A stretch of DNA of 63,472 bases, filler included, from 7 parts of 7 records of this genome joined end to end with filler, not necessarily neighbours in it; one strand, 5' to 3'; positions 1 to 9,576 are shown, counted from the whole stretch's first letter. Program-made: numbers and translations. Notes: a model not told the origin generated them from the letters alone.

Positions 1-441
1 CGAGTGGCGCATGCGGTCGATCTGTTCGTTGATCTGCGATTCCTTTTCAATATAGGTGTCCGACCGCGCCACATAGGCCTCGGGCTGGTAGTAATCGTAG
101 TAAGATACGAAATATTCCACCGAGTTTTCCGGGAAAAACCCTTTGAATTCGCCATAAAGCTGCGCGGCCAGGGTTTTGTTTGGGGCCAAAATAATGGCCG
201 GGCGCTGCGTTTCCTCGATGATTTTGGCCATGGTAAAGGTTTTGCCGGTGCCTGTGGCGCCCAGCAGAACCTGGTTGCGCTCGCCCTCGATAATGCCAGT
301 GGAAAGCTCTGCAATTGCAGCGGGTTGATCCCCTGCAGGCGAGAATTGCGCATGCATTTTAAAGCGGATACCACCCTCCAGCTTTTCGCGGTTTTGCGGG
401 GCGGGCCCTGGGCCGGATGTGTCTGAATGGGCGTAAGGCAT
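1..441 (-). CDS. uvrB: Excinuclease ABC subunit B, N-terminal part (runs off window; not in ORF track)
   Basis: Manual minus-strand translation from ATG at 441: MPYAHSD...[14 protein letters not shown]...[14 protein letters not shown]...[38 protein letters not shown], the UvrB signature. Confidence 0.97.
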   Translation of the reverse strand, partial: MPYAHSDTSGPGPAPQNREKLEGGIRFKMHAQFSPAGDQPAAIAELSTGIIEGERNQVLLGATGTGKTFTMAKIIEETQRPAIILAPNKTLAAQLYGEFKGFFPENSVEYFVSYYDYYQPEAYVARSDTYIEKESQINEQIDRMRHS

Positions 442-857
442 GATATTCTCCGAGATTCGGGGCTAACCTGATCTTATTTTGTTCCAGTTCAAGGCGCCAT
501 TCCGGGCAGGTTGTTTGCCTGGGCCAGAAAACAAAAGAATTTGCGACAAATTGTCCTTTCATCTTTTGGGTCAAAGGCTTATTTCGCCATGTTGTTTTTT
601 GTTTATTGCTTAAACCGCCGCGGTTTGCGGAATTTTCTTGCTGAATTGTGAAAACTATATCACCCTGAAACTGCAAGCAGCAGGGTTGGCTGCGGTGCGT
701 GTCACAATCACCCACCCCTCGCTCCCCGTGGCGCCACCGCAGCCAACACCTATTGTTTGTGGCCAAAGCCCCTCTTTTGTTGTTTGAATTTAAGCGCTGC
801 GGCCTTGCCCCGCTGTGTGTTTTCTTGGATAAGCACAGCAGATGAAGGAGTCTGCCG

Positions 858-1169
858 ATGCGTGCCCGCATTTACCAACCTGCCAAAACTGCCATGTCCT
901 CGGGGACAGCGAAATCGAAACATTGGGTGCTGGAATATGCCCCCGATCAGCCACGCGAGGTTGATCCTTTGATGGGCTGGACATCGTCGGCCGATACCCA
1001 GTCGCAGGTGCGGCTGCGTTTCGATAGCAAAGAGGCGGCGGTGGAATATGCGCAGGCCCATGGCATTGACGCCCAAGTGCTGGACCCCAAGCCGCGCAAG
1101 CACAATCTGCGCCCCGGTGGCTATGGCGAAAATTTTGCCACTGCACGCCGTGGCGCCTGGACCCATTAA
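858..1169 (+). CDS. ETC complex I subunit (NDUFS4-like)
   Basis: [16 protein letters not shown]...W..E...[26 protein letters not shown] family motif; AAGGAG RBS. Confidence 0.93.
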   Translation: MRARIYQPAKTAMSSGTAKSKHWVLEYAPDQPREVDPLMGWTSSADTQSQVRLRFDSKEAAVEYAQAHGIDAQVLDPKPRKHNLRPGGYGENFATARRGAWTH

Positions 1170-1273
1170 ACCCAGCGCCTGTCTTGCGCAGATCATCGTA
1201 AAAGGGCGGCCCCCAAAGCCGCCCAATTTTTTACCCCGGGCCAGCCAGCCAGAGCCCCAGCAGGAGCGTTAAG

Positions 1274-2194
1274 ATGAGCATCACCCATCTTGTTACCCAT
1301 TCCGGCGGGTTTCACGCAGACGAGCTGCTGTCAACCGTGGTGCTGAGCCAGCTGTTTCCAAAGGCCACGCTGGTGCGCAGCCGCGACGCCGAAATGACCA
1401 GCCCGGGCGCAGGCAAGCTGATTTACGATGTCGGCCGCGCCTATGATGCCGAGGCGGGTATTTTCGATCATCACCAGCGCCCAAACCCGCTGCGCCCCGA
1501 TGGCCAGCCCTACAGCTCGTTCGGGCTGATCTGGGCGCATTTCGGGCGTGCCTTTTTGCAGGCCTTGGCGGTGCCCGACGCCGATATCGAGGTGTTGCAT
1601 CTGGCCATTGACGAAAGTTTTGTTTTGCCCATCGATCTGTTGGATAACGGCGCGCTGGAGCCATCGGGGGCGGGGCCGCTGGCGGGGTTGTTGCTGCCGA
1701 CATTGCTGGAAACCCTAAAGCCCGTGTTCGATGATCGTGGCCCCGGCCGCGACGACGCGGCGTTTCAAGCTGCCCTGCCTGTGGCGCGTGCCTTTCTAGA
1801 GGCGGCGGTGCGCACCAAAGCTGCCAAGCGCCGGGCCGAAGCGGTGGTGCAACAGGCGATTGCGGCGGCAGGTGCCGCGCGGGTGCTGGAATTGCCCATG
1901 GGCATGCCGTTTCGCGCCGCGATCGAGCGGGCGGGCGCCGATCATTTGCTGTTTGTCGTGCATCCGCGCGATGGCGATTGGGCGCTGAACACCATTCGCA
2001 AAGGTGGCGATACATTCGAAAGCCGGGCCGATCTGCCCGCGTCCTGGGCCGGGCTGACCGATGCCGCGCTAGAACAGGCCAGCGGCGTGGCGGGGGCCAA
2101 GTTTTGCCACAACGCCCGCTTTATCGCCGTGGCCGACAGCCGCGATGCGGTGCTGGCCATGGCCGAAAAAGCTGTGGCCGCGGTTCAGGGCTAG
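1274..2194 (+). CDS. MYG1 family protein (putative exonuclease/metal-dependent hydrolase)
   Basis: THSGGFHADE, DVG, FDHHQ, YSSFGLIW, WAGL and FCHNARFI motifs. Confidence 0.92.
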   Translation: MSITHLVTHSGGFHADELLSTVVLSQLFPKATLVRSRDAEMTSPGAGKLIYDVGRAYDAEAGIFDHHQRPNPLRPDGQPYSSFGLIWAHFGRAFLQALAVPDADIEVLHLAIDESFVLPIDLLDNGALEPSGAGPLAGLLLPTLLETLKPVFDDRGPGRDDAAFQAALPVARAFLEAAVRTKAAKRRAEAVVQQAIAAAGAARVLELPMGMPFRAAIERAGADHLLFVVHPRDGDWALNTIRKGGDTFESRADLPASWAGLTDAALEQASGVAGAKFCHNARFIAVADSRDAVLAMAEKAVAAVQG

Positions 2195-2200
2195 CGCCGG

Positions 2201-3373
2201 CTACATCAGCTCGTATTCAGTGACGGCTTGAAAGGGCAGCAGCGCGCTGCCCAGCGACCGGGCGCGCACGCCTATGTCGCCGGCAACAATATCAAAGGGT
2301 TTCAGCCCTCGGGTGTCGTGGCCGGGCAGGGCGGCGCGCACAGCTTGCACCAGTTGCGCGCGCATCCGGTCAGACAGGCTGGCATCCAGCACCATTGTAT
2401 CCAGATCCAAAATCGCTTGGCCTGCCACAAAGGTAAAGGCCAGCGCTGGCGCGGCCCGGTTCATCCAAGCGGTGAAACAGGCCTGTGCGGCGGCGCAGGG
2501 GGGTGCCTCGGCGTAAAACTCTTGCGGGTTTACACCGGCTTTGGCGGCGCTTTCCTCGAGATCGTGCAGCGAGGCCGCGCCGATCAGCTGTTGGCCCATT
2601 TCGCCCCCTCGCAGCACGCGCATGGGCATCGACCCCAATGCCCCCGCATTGCCCGATAGCCCCTCGTAAACCCGGCCATCAATGGCCAGGCCACCCCCCG
2701 CAAAAGTGCCCACATAAAGATAAAGAAACGCGCGCGCGGTGGTGGCGCGGCCCAGTTTCAATGCGGCCAGGCAAGCGGCAGAGGCATCGTTCATGCGCAA
2801 AACGGGTAGCCCAAATGCCGCCGCCAGATCGGCGCGCAAATCGCTGCTGGCCCAGTCGGCCATCGATCCTGTGGGCGCGCCGATGGTGCATTCCCAGCTT
2901 TCCAGCGCATCAGGTATCGCCAGCCCGATGCCCAGCAGCCGGTGGGCGTGTTTTTGGGGCAAGGCGGCAATCATCTGTTTGGTGGCGCCGATGATCTGTT
3001 GGCGCACTTCGTTGAAAACCGGGTAATCATAGCTGATGCGCTGATAGCTGCGGATCTGGTAATCAAACCCCATCACCGCGATTTCAGCCGATTGGCGCCC
3101 CACTTTGATGCCGATGCTGAATGCGCCCTCGGGATCGATCGTATAAGGGACCGAGGGCTGGCCCACCTTGCCGCGCACGCTGTCGCCGGCGCGTAAAAGC
3201 CCCGTTGTTTGCAGCCGATTCACGATATTGGTGGCCGATTGCGCCGAAAGCCCGGTGGCGCGGGCGATATCGGCTTTGCTAAGGCTGCCCGCCTGGCGCA
3301 CAAGGCTTAGGATCAGGCGTTCGTTTTCTGGCCGTGGCTCTAGCGTTGGGGGGGCAGGCGGGATATCGCGCAT
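2201..3373 (-). CDS. ROK family transcriptional regulator (FrcR-like)
   Basis: N-terminal HTH (LSKADIARATGLSAQS), GKVGQP, NDASAA, YVGTFAGGG, GNAGALGS. Confidence 0.92.
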   Translation of the reverse strand: MRDIPPAPPTLEPRPENERLILSLVRQAGSLSKADIARATGLSAQSATNIVNRLQTTGLLRAGDSVRGKVGQPSVPYTIDPEGAFSIGIKVGRQSAEIAVMGFDYQIRSYQRISYDYPVFNEVRQQIIGATKQMIAALPQKHAHRLLGIGLAIPDALESWECTIGAPTGSMADWASSDLRADLAAAFGLPVLRMNDASAACLAALKLGRATTARAFLYLYVGTFAGGGLAIDGRVYEGLSGNAGALGSMPMRVLRGGEMGQQLIGAASLHDLEESAAKAGVNPQEFYAEAPPCAAAQACFTAWMNRAAPALAFTFVAGQAILDLDTMVLDASLSDRMRAQLVQAVRAALPGHDTRGLKPFDIVAGDIGVRARSLGSALLPFQAVTEYELM

Positions 3374-4155
3374 CAGATATAGCTCGCGTTTTGGTGCACG
3401 CCCTGATCGACCCCGGTAATCATCGCCACCACATCGTTGCCGCTGGCCTCTTTGGCATCCAGCACCCCGGCAATCCGGCCTTGGCGGAACACCACGATAC
3501 GATCGACCAGGTTAAAGACCTGTCGCAGGTTATGCGAGATGATAATCACCGGAACGCCCCGCTCTTTCAGGCCGCGGATGATGTTTTCAACCCGCGTTGT
3601 TTCCTGAATGCCCAAGGCCGCGGTGGGTTCATCCATAATGATCAGCTTCGAGCCCCAGCCAGCGGCCCGGCTGATGGCCACGCATTGGCGCTGCCCGCCC
3701 GACATGCCCGCCACGGGCTGGCGCAAATCGGGAATTTTGATGCCGGTCTGTTCCAGCAATTCAGTGGCGCGGCGCATCATGGCTTTTTTATCCAGCCAAG
3801 ACAGCGGCCCAAGGCGAAATCTCACCGCTTCGCGCCCCAAAAAGATGTTGGCGGGCACATCCAGGTGATCGGCCAGCGCAAGGTTTTGATAAACCGTTTC
3901 AATGCCATGGGCGCGTGCCTCTTGTGGCGAGGCAAAATTCACCGGCTGCCCATCGACAAACACCGCGCCGCTGGTGCGTTGCTCGACCCCGGTGATATTG
4001 CGCACAAAGGTGGATTTGCCCGCGCCATTATCGCCGACGATGGCGATATGCTCGTCTGCATACATTTTGAAATCGGCATCATTTAATGCCTGCACACCAC
4101 CATAGTGCTTGGTCAAGCCTCTGGTTTCCAAAATTATTTTGCGCGTGTCAGGCAT
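3373..4155 (-). CDS. Sugar ABC transporter ATP-binding protein (single ATPase domain)
   Basis: GDNGAGKST, MSGGQRQ, IIMDEPTAALG, SHN; ATG at 4155 preceded by AAGGAG. Confidence 0.95.
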   Translation of the reverse strand: MPDTRKIILETRGLTKHYGGVQALNDADFKMYADEHIAIVGDNGAGKSTFVRNITGVEQRTSGAVFVDGQPVNFASPQEARAHGIETVYQNLALADHLDVPANIFLGREAVRFRLGPLSWLDKKAMMRRATELLEQTGIKIPDLRQPVAGMSGGQRQCVAISRAAGWGSKLIIMDEPTAALGIQETTRVENIIRGLKERGVPVIIISHNLRQVFNLVDRIVVFRQGRIAGVLDAKEASGNDVVAMITGVDQGVHQNASYI

Positions 4156-4224
4156 CTGATCTCCTTGGTCGGGTTTGTTATACAGCCGCGACTCGGCCCA
4201 TAAAAGCCACTTCCGGGCGCGCCA

Positions 4225-4261
4225 TGTCAATAACTAAATCAAGTTGATTTATTTATTGACA
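4225..4261. promoter_or_regulatory. Long palindromic operator (probable ROK regulator site) overlapping divergent -35 boxes
   Basis: TGTCAATAACTAAATCAA-G-TTGATTTATTTATTGACA, near-perfect inverted repeat with TTGACA on both strands, between divergent ABC genes. Confidence 0.75.
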
Positions 4262-4340
4262 AGTTTGCCCAGAGTCTATTTTTCTAGCGCATCTGCGCCG
4301 CGTTGGTTTTGGGATTGGCGGCATTTGGGAGGAACGATCT

Positions 4341-5276
4341 ATGACACTGAAATTCACCTTTGCGGGTGCGGCTTTGGCCGCATTGCTGGCCACCACAGCG
4401 GCCCAGGCCGAAGATGTGATTGGCTATATCACCAAATCCGCCACCAATGCGGGCTGGATGATGATCAACCAAGGCGCCGAAGACGCGGCCAAGGAAGAGG
4501 GCGTGAAACTGGTGGCGGTTGGGCCATCGTTTCAGGGCGATCTGTCAAGCCAGCTGGAAGTGTTTGAAAACCTGGTGGCGCAAGGGGTCAAAGCCATTGG
4601 TATTGCCCCGGTCGACAGCGCCGGCATCGCCCCGGCTGTGGCCGATGCAATGGCGGCTGGTATTGCAGTGATTGCAATTGATACGGGCGTGTCTGGCGCC
4701 GATGTCACCTCGTTTGTGGCCACCGACAATTTCGCCGTGGCCAAAGAACAAGGCAAGGCGGCCGCGGCCCTTGTGGCCGATGGCGATGCGGTGATTTATG
4801 TCACCGGCAACCAGGCGCAATCCACCGGCCAAGAGCGCCGCAACGGCTTTATGGAGGCATTCAAAGCCGCGCGCCCTGCGTCCGACGTGATCGAAGTGCC
4901 GACCGAATGGAATTCGGCCCAGGCGCAAGAGGGGGTCGAGGCCATTTTGAACGCGCGTGATGACATCAAGATGGTCGTCAACGCATGGGATGGCGGCACG
5001 ATGGGGGCCAAAGCCGCGCTGGAAAACCTGGGCTATGGTGCGGGCGATGTAAAGCTGGTGGGCTTTGATGGCGCCTCTGATGCGATTGTTGCCATGGATG
5101 CCGGCTGGGTGCAGGCCAATACCGCGCAGATGCTCTATCAGATGGGCTATCAGGGCATCAAAGCCGCAGCTGCGGCGGCGCGCGGCGAGGCGGTGAATGC
5201 GCGCATTGATACCGGCCATTTCCTGGTAACGCCGGAAACCTCGGCGGAATACAAAAAAATGATCGGCATGGAATAA
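4341..5276 (+). CDS. Sugar ABC transporter substrate-binding protein (RbsB-like)
   Basis: Signal peptide ending AQA; VATDN, ERRNGF, VGFDG periplasmic binding motifs. Confidence 0.93.
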   Translation: MTLKFTFAGAALAALLATTAAQAEDVIGYITKSATNAGWMMINQGAEDAAKEEGVKLVAVGPSFQGDLSSQLEVFENLVAQGVKAIGIAPVDSAGIAPAVADAMAAGIAVIAIDTGVSGADVTSFVATDNFAVAKEQGKAAAALVADGDAVIYVTGNQAQSTGQERRNGFMEAFKAARPASDVIEVPTEWNSAQAQEGVEAILNARDDIKMVVNAWDGGTMGAKAALENLGYGAGDVKLVGFDGASDAIVAMDAGWVQANTAQMLYQMGYQGIKAAAAAARGEAVNARIDTGHFLVTPETSAEYKKMIGME

Positions 5277-5287
5277 TCTATGCTGTT

Positions 5288-5324
5288 GGGGGCAGGCCTG
5301 CCGCGCGCGGGCTTGCCCCTTTTT
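5288..5324 (+). terminator. Hairpin with U-tract after the binding-protein gene (terminator or mRNA stabiliser)
   Basis: GGGGCAGGCCTGC-CGC-GCGCGGGCTTGCCCC-TTTTT. Confidence 0.55.
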
Positions 5325-5352
5325 CTATGCTCACCCACAAGAAAGACGCGCC

Positions 5353-6906
5353 ATGCCCACACCCACTGCCGCCAGTGCCCTGCCGCTGCAAGACCGGCTG
5401 ATTGCACTGTTGATCCGGTTTTTCCGCGCCGAATGGTCGGGGGCGCTGCTGGCCATTGTGGTGCTGGGCCTGGCCATCGAGGTGGCCACCACCGACACGC
5501 TGTTTTTCCGCCCGTCGAACCTGATGACAATTTTGAACAATTCCGCGGCCATTGGCGTGGTGGCGGCGGGCATGACCTTGGTGATCTTGACCGCTGGCAT
5601 CGATTTGTCGGTGGGCTCGGTTATGGGGCTGACCGCCGCGCTTACCGGGTATGTGGCCAGTTTTTGGGGCTTTTCCCCTGCGATGGCCATTGCCACGGGG
5701 CTGGGGCTGGGGCTGTTGGTGGGGGCATTCAACGGCACATTGGTGGCCTATTTTGGCATGCCGGCCTTTATCGTCACCTTGGCCGGCCTGTCGATCTGGC
5801 GCGGCACCGGGCATTTGGCCACCGGGGCGCAGGCCACGCCAAAACTGCCCGAGACATTTGATTATTTCGGGCGTTACAACCCGTTTGCCGGGCTGCGCGA
5901 GGCCTATCGCGCGGGCGAGTTGCAGGGGCTGTGGGCGCAGCTGGGCGGCTTTGTCGATACCTATTGGTTAAGTTTTTTCCGCACCTTTCAGATGTCGATG
6001 GTGATCTTCGTCGCGTTTTTTGTGCTGCTGTCGATCCTCATCGCCAATACGCGCTATGGGCGCTATGTCTATGCCATCGGGTCAAACGAGCCGGGCGCGC
6101 GGCAGGCGGGTATCAATACCCGGGCCTATCTGCTGATGACCTATATGTTTGGCTCTTTCGCGGCGGCCTTTGGGGCGCTGCTGTTTTTGGGGCGCGCCCC
6201 TTATGCCAAATCAGATTATGGCCAGATGTGGGAGCTTGACGCCATTGCCGCTGTGGTCATCGGGGGCACCTCGTTGTTTGGTGGGCGCGGCTCGCTTTGG
6301 GGCACGTTTATGGGGGTGATCTTGTTAAAGCTCATCAACAACGGCCTGACATTGGCGCAGCTGAACACGTTTTGGCAAATGGTGGTAACGGGCGGCATCA
6401 TTTTGGTGGCGGTGGGTATCGATATCGTGCGCCAATCGCGCGACCCTGCTGCCGTGCGCAAACTGCTGGCGGCGGTGGGGGCATTCATGGCGTTTTTGTC
6501 GCTGATGACGCCTGCCAGCCAATGGCTGGGTGCCCAGATCAGCGTGCTCGAGCATGCCCGTGCCACAGCCCTGCGCGAGGCGGGGCAGGCGCTGGCACCG
6601 GGCCACACAGCGCGCCTGCTGGATCCTGCTGCCATCGAGGCGGCACAGGCCACTGCCGCGGCCAACCTGCCTGCTGCCTTGGCGCTGTTGGTGCTGGCGG
6701 TTTTGGCGGGTCTTAACGTATTTGCCCGCAGCGATCGGGCCAGCCTGGGGCTGGCGGTGCTGTTTTTGGCGGCCATCCCGCTGCTGGTGATGCTGGGCTA
6801 TCAAATCAGCACGCCATTTCTGGTGCTGGGGGCCTTGGTGCTGGTGGGCAGCGCCTTTGTCTTTGCCATTTTCGAGCGCGCCCGCCGGGTAGCGGCCGAT
6901 GGCTGA
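5353..6906 (+). CDS. Sugar ABC transporter permease (RbsC-like) with extra C-terminal membrane region
   Basis: GIDLSVGS, PAFIVTL, GRYVYAIGSN, ELDAIAAVVIGGTSLFGGRG; about 155 extra residues after the usual end. Confidence 0.93.
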   Translation: MPTPTAASALPLQDRLIALLIRFFRAEWSGALLAIVVLGLAIEVATTDTLFFRPSNLMTILNNSAAIGVVAAGMTLVILTAGIDLSVGSVMGLTAALTGYVASFWGFSPAMAIATGLGLGLLVGAFNGTLVAYFGMPAFIVTLAGLSIWRGTGHLATGAQATPKLPETFDYFGRYNPFAGLREAYRAGELQGLWAQLGGFVDTYWLSFFRTFQMSMVIFVAFFVLLSILIANTRYGRYVYAIGSNEPGARQAGINTRAYLLMTYMFGSFAAAFGALLFLGRAPYAKSDYGQMWELDAIAAVVIGGTSLFGGRGSLWGTFMGVILLKLINNGLTLAQLNTFWQMVVTGGIILVAVGIDIVRQSRDPAAVRKLLAAVGAFMAFLSLMTPASQWLGAQISVLEHARATALREAGQALAPGHTARLLDPAAIEAAQATAAANLPAALALLVLAVLAGLNVFARSDRASLGLAVLFLAAIPLLVMLGYQISTPFLVLGALVLVGSAFVFAIFERARRVAADG

Positions 6907-7861
6907 CCCGGTGATCGCGATTGGCGGGGAAAACCTGATCGATCAGGTGGTGCAGCCCCATGCCACCACCAACCACCCCGGCGGCTCGCCTTTTAACGTG
7001 GCCTTGGCCGCGGCCCGGCAGGGCGGGGTGGTGCGCTATGTGACGCCCATTTCCACGGATATCTGGGGCGATATGCTGGCCGCCCGCCTGACCGAGGCGG
7101 GCGTGCAGCTGGCTGGGGGGCGGGTGGCGCAGCCCAGCACGCTGGCCCGCGTCAGCCTCAGCGATGGCCTGCCCAGCTACAGCTTTCGCCGCACCGATAC
7201 CGCCGAGCGCCAAGTCAGCGCCGCCATGCTGGCCCGCGCGATTGGGCAGGGGGTGGATGCGCTGCATACCGGGTCATTGGCGCTAAACGATGGCCCCGAT
7301 GCCGCCGCATGGCAGGCCACAATGGCACAGGCCTATCAGCGTGGGGTTTTGACCAGCCTCGATCCCAATGTGCGCGCGTCGATCATCGGCGATCTTGCCA
7401 GCTATCGGGCCCGAATTTGGCAGATGCTGGATAAGCTGCATATCCTGAAACTCTCGGACGAGGATTTGGCGGGCCTGTGCCCTGATATGACCGAAGAGGC
7501 CGCCATCGCGCAGCTTTTGGCGCAATGCAGCGCGCCCTTGGTGGTGCTGACCCGCGGTGCCAAAGGCGCGCAGGCATGGCTGCGGGGCCAGCCGGTGCGC
7601 GTGGGGGCGGTAAAGCTTGATGCTTTGGTCGATACGGTCGGGGCGGGCGATACCTTTATGGCCAGTCTGCTTGTGGGTTTGGGGCAGTTGGGCTACCTGT
7701 CGGCCCCGGGGCTGGCGCGGTTGGGCCTGGCCGATGCGCGCGCCGTTTTGCACCGTGCTGCGGTGGCTGCGGCGTTGAATTGTGAAAGCCAGGGGTGCAA
7801 CCCGCCCTCGCAGGCCGCGCTTGCAGCGGCCATGGCCCGCTATGATGAACAGGAGTTGTGA
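6899..7861 (+). CDS. PfkB family carbohydrate kinase (fructokinase-like)
   Basis: GENLID, PGGSPFNVA, DPNVR, KLSDED, DTVGAGDTF. Confidence 0.93.
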   Translation: MADPVIAIGGENLIDQVVQPHATTNHPGGSPFNVALAAARQGGVVRYVTPISTDIWGDMLAARLTEAGVQLAGGRVAQPSTLARVSLSDGLPSYSFRRTDTAERQVSAAMLARAIGQGVDALHTGSLALNDGPDAAAWQATMAQAYQRGVLTSLDPNVRASIIGDLASYRARIWQMLDKLHILKLSDEDLAGLCPDMTEEAAIAQLLAQCSAPLVVLTRGAKGAQAWLRGQPVRVGAVKLDALVDTVGAGDTFMASLLVGLGQLGYLSAPGLARLGLADARAVLHRAAVAAALNCESQGCNPPSQAALAAAMARYDEQEL

Positions 7862-8529
7862 TGCAGCTGTATCTAGATAGCGCCAATATGGCCGATTGGG
7901 CCCGGCTGATGCCGGTGGGCCTGTTTTGTGGCATTACAACCAACCCCGCTCTGGCGGCGCGGGCGGGGCTTTATTACCCCGATATCAATTGGGCCGATAT
8001 GGCACAGCGCGCGGCCGATCTGGGGGCGCGCGAATTGCATGCGCAGGTCTATGGCGCCCCCGAAACCTATGCACCTTGGGCCGATGCCTTGATGCAGGCG
8101 GGCCAAAGGGCGGGTATTCGCACCGTGGTGAAGGTGCCGCTGGTCGCGGCCTCTATCCGCGCCGTGCCGGGGCTGCGGCGCGCGGGCTGCCCGGTGTTGA
8201 TGACGGCCTGCTACGCCCCCAAGCAAATGCTGGTGGCCAGCGCATTGGGGGCCGAATTTATCGCCCCCTATTTTGGCCGCATGCTAGAGGCCGGCTTGCC
8301 CGCCTATGAGGCCATGGCGCAGATGCTGGCTGTCACCCGCAGCCCCGGTAACGCCACGCGTATCTTGATTGCCTCGCTGCGCGACACCGATCAACTGTGC
8401 CGCTTGGCGGACATGGGCCATGATTGTTTTACCATCGCCCCCGCCGTGGCCGATATGCTGCTGCAAGACGAGCGTAGCACCGCCGCTGTGGCCCAGTTCG
8501 AACAGGCCGCAGCCACCCAGCCCCAATAG
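7858..8529 (+). CDS. Transaldolase/fructose-6-phosphate aldolase family protein (FSA-type residues)
   Basis: LYLDSAN, GITTNP, Schiff-base Lys in VVKVP, HAQV, APYFGR, ASLR. Confidence 0.88.
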   Translation: MMQLYLDSANMADWARLMPVGLFCGITTNPALAARAGLYYPDINWADMAQRAADLGARELHAQVYGAPETYAPWADALMQAGQRAGIRTVVKVPLVAASIRAVPGLRRAGCPVLMTACYAPKQMLVASALGAEFIAPYFGRMLEAGLPAYEAMAQMLAVTRSPGNATRILIASLRDTDQLCRLADMGHDCFTIAPAVADMLLQDERSTAAVAQFEQAAATQPQ

Positions 8530-8636
8530 CGCCCCCCAGTAGCCCCCCAATAGCGCCGCGCGGCCTTGAATGCTGGCGCAATTTGCGCAACCCTGCAGGC
8601 CACAGCCGCCCGCATGGCGCAAAAGCAAAGGCCACG

Positions 8637-9443
8637 ATGCAACAAGCCGCAGATTTTCTTGCCGAATCCGATGTGCTGGCCACCGCGCTGGCCCCCTTGC
8701 CCGAGGCCGAATGGGCCCAGCCCACCCAGTTCAAAGGCTGGAGCGTGAATGACATCATCGTGCATCTGCATTACTGGAACCAGATGGCCCATGATACCCT
8801 GACCGCGCCCGAACGGTTTCACGACAAGGCCAAAACCATGGCGCCCGCCGTGGCAGCCCATGCGATGCGCCCGGTGGAAAATGCAGCCATTCCCGAACGG
8901 GGGCAGGCGCTTTTTGCGGCGTGGCAGGGGCTTTGCCGTGAAATGGCCCGCGCCTGGGCCGGGGTAGACCCGAAACAGCGGCTGCCTTGGATGGGGCCTG
9001 AAATGTCGGCGCGCTCATCCATGACCGCCCGGCAGATGGAGACATGGGCCCATGGGCAGGCGGTGTTTGATCTGTTGGGGCAAACCCGGCCCGAAAGCGA
9101 CCGGATTCGCAATATCGTGGTGCTGGGGGTGAATACATTTGCATGGTCGCATCAGGTGCAAGGCCTGCCTGTGCCCGCCCATGTGCCGCAGCTGCAGCTG
9201 CAGGCGCCTTCGGGGGCGATCTGGCAGTTTGGCGATGCGGCCAGCGACGATCTGATCACTGGCAGTGCGGTGGAATTTTCCCAAGTTGTCACCCAAACCC
9301 GCGCTTTGGGCGATACCGGCCTAAAGGCGCAGGGCCCCGTGGCGCAGGCCTGGCTGGCGCGGGCGCAATGTTTCGCAGGCCCGCCCGAGGCCCCGCCGCC
9401 CCCCGGCGCACGCTTTGCGCAAAAGCTGCCGAAATCTCATTGA
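8637..9443 (+). CDS. TIGR03084-like metal-binding protein (maleylpyruvate isomerase/DinB superfamily)
   Basis: PTQFKGWSVNDIIVHL, LPWMGPEMSARS..TARQMETWAHGQ, VTQTR, AQCFAGPP. Confidence 0.85.
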   Translation: MQQAADFLAESDVLATALAPLPEAEWAQPTQFKGWSVNDIIVHLHYWNQMAHDTLTAPERFHDKAKTMAPAVAAHAMRPVENAAIPERGQALFAAWQGLCREMARAWAGVDPKQRLPWMGPEMSARSSMTARQMETWAHGQAVFDLLGQTRPESDRIRNIVVLGVNTFAWSHQVQGLPVPAHVPQLQLQAPSGAIWQFGDAASDDLITGSAVEFSQVVTQTRALGDTGLKAQGPVAQAWLARAQCFAGPPEAPPPPGARFAQKLPKSH

Positions 9444-9477
9444 AGCGCCGCCCCCAAGCCGCTAACACTGCCCCCGT

Positions 9478-9554
9478 GGCCCCGTAGCTCAACTGGATAG
9501 AGCAGGCGACTTCTAATCGCCAGGTTGAGGGTTCGAGTCCTTCCGGGGTCGCCA
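9478..9554 (+). tRNA. tRNA-Arg (anticodon TCT)
   Basis: GGCCCCG acceptor stem, AGCTCAACTGGATAGAGC D-arm, GGCGA-CTTCTAA-TCGCC anticodon arm, GGTTCGAGTCC, encoded CCA. Confidence 0.97.
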
Positions 9555-9576
9555 TTTTGGTTTTGGGTGTGCGCAG

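Noticed and set aside
4-426. 140-aa plus-strand ORF
   Set aside because: Antisense shadow of uvrB
8521-8556. Short imperfect repeat CCCCAATAGCGCC / CCCCAGTAGC
   Set aside because: Three degenerate units with no spacers, consistent with local slippage; not CRISPR
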